Source of the DNA: Octopus vulgaris
Lineage: Eukaryota
Direction: 5' to 3'
Assembly: GCA_951406725.2 (NCBI GenBank)
Contig: OX597814.1
Coordinates: forward strand, 45,818,001 to 45,882,000
DNA: 64,000 nt
The position numbers were made by a program, and so were the translations under genes. Positions 63,620 through 64,000 of this stretch are shown here, one piece after another; position 1 is the stretch's first letter; each line of letters begins with the position of its first letter. The notes under the pieces were generated by a model. The model was not told the origin of the DNA. It worked only from the letters and a program-made list of their open reading frames with translations, and made no database searches.

Positions 63620-64000
63620 CATCATCATCATCATCATCTTCTTCGTTTTGCATCTGCTTTCCATGCTAGCATGGGTTGGACGGTTCAACTGGGGTCTGGG
63701 AAGCCAGAAGGCTGCGCCAGGCCCAGTCTGATCTGGCAATATTTCTACGGCTGGATGCCCTTCCTAACGCCAACCACTCCGTGAGTGTAGTGGGTGCTTT
63801 TTATGTGTCACCGGCACAGGTGCCAGATGAGGCTGGCAAACGGCCATGATCAGATGGTGCTTTTTACATGCCACTGGCACGGGGGCCAGGCAAGGCTGGC
63901 AATGGCCACAATCGGATGGTGCTTTTTACGTGCCACCGGCACAAGGCCAGTCGGGGCGGTGCTGGCAATGGCCACGTTCGGATGGTTCTCTTACGTACCA
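63620..64000 (-). mobile_element. Young RTE 3' UTR copy (continues beyond window)
   Basis: (CAT)n...CCATGCTAGCATGGGTTGGACGG...GGATGCCCTTCCTAACGCCAACCACTCC with hairpin repeats. Confidence 0.88.

Overview
AT-rich, microsatellite-dense eukaryotic (animal) DNA. The repeat families look to me like those of Octopus or another coleoid cephalopod; this is recalled, not searched. Most of the window is mobile-element debris. It holds many RTE-type LINE copies and their (GAT)n-tailed 3' ends, at least three tRNA-derived SINE families, Tx1/L1 and CR1/Jockey-like fragments, and two Penelope-like element (PLE) remnants. DNA elements include mariner and DD37D (maT) relics, several hAT MITEs with perfect 8-bp TSDs, and a Helitron carrying a PIF1 helicase fragment and a ~165-bp tandem array. 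No host protein could be identified. However, a CpG-retaining zone (~22.6-25.4 kb) with a perfect NRF1 palindrome and an ATGG|GTAAGT donor suggests the promoter and first exon of a minus-strand gene. The most unusual structure is a ~520-bp zero-spacer fold-back insertion at 10891-11414, flanked by a 15-bp direct repeat. Each arm is a tRNA-like Pol III head joined to a minimal type-I hammerhead ribozyme motif, making it a candidate SINE mobilised by Penelope-like machinery. Further hammerhead-like motifs and a second fold-back occur near 33.3 kb and 54 kb.
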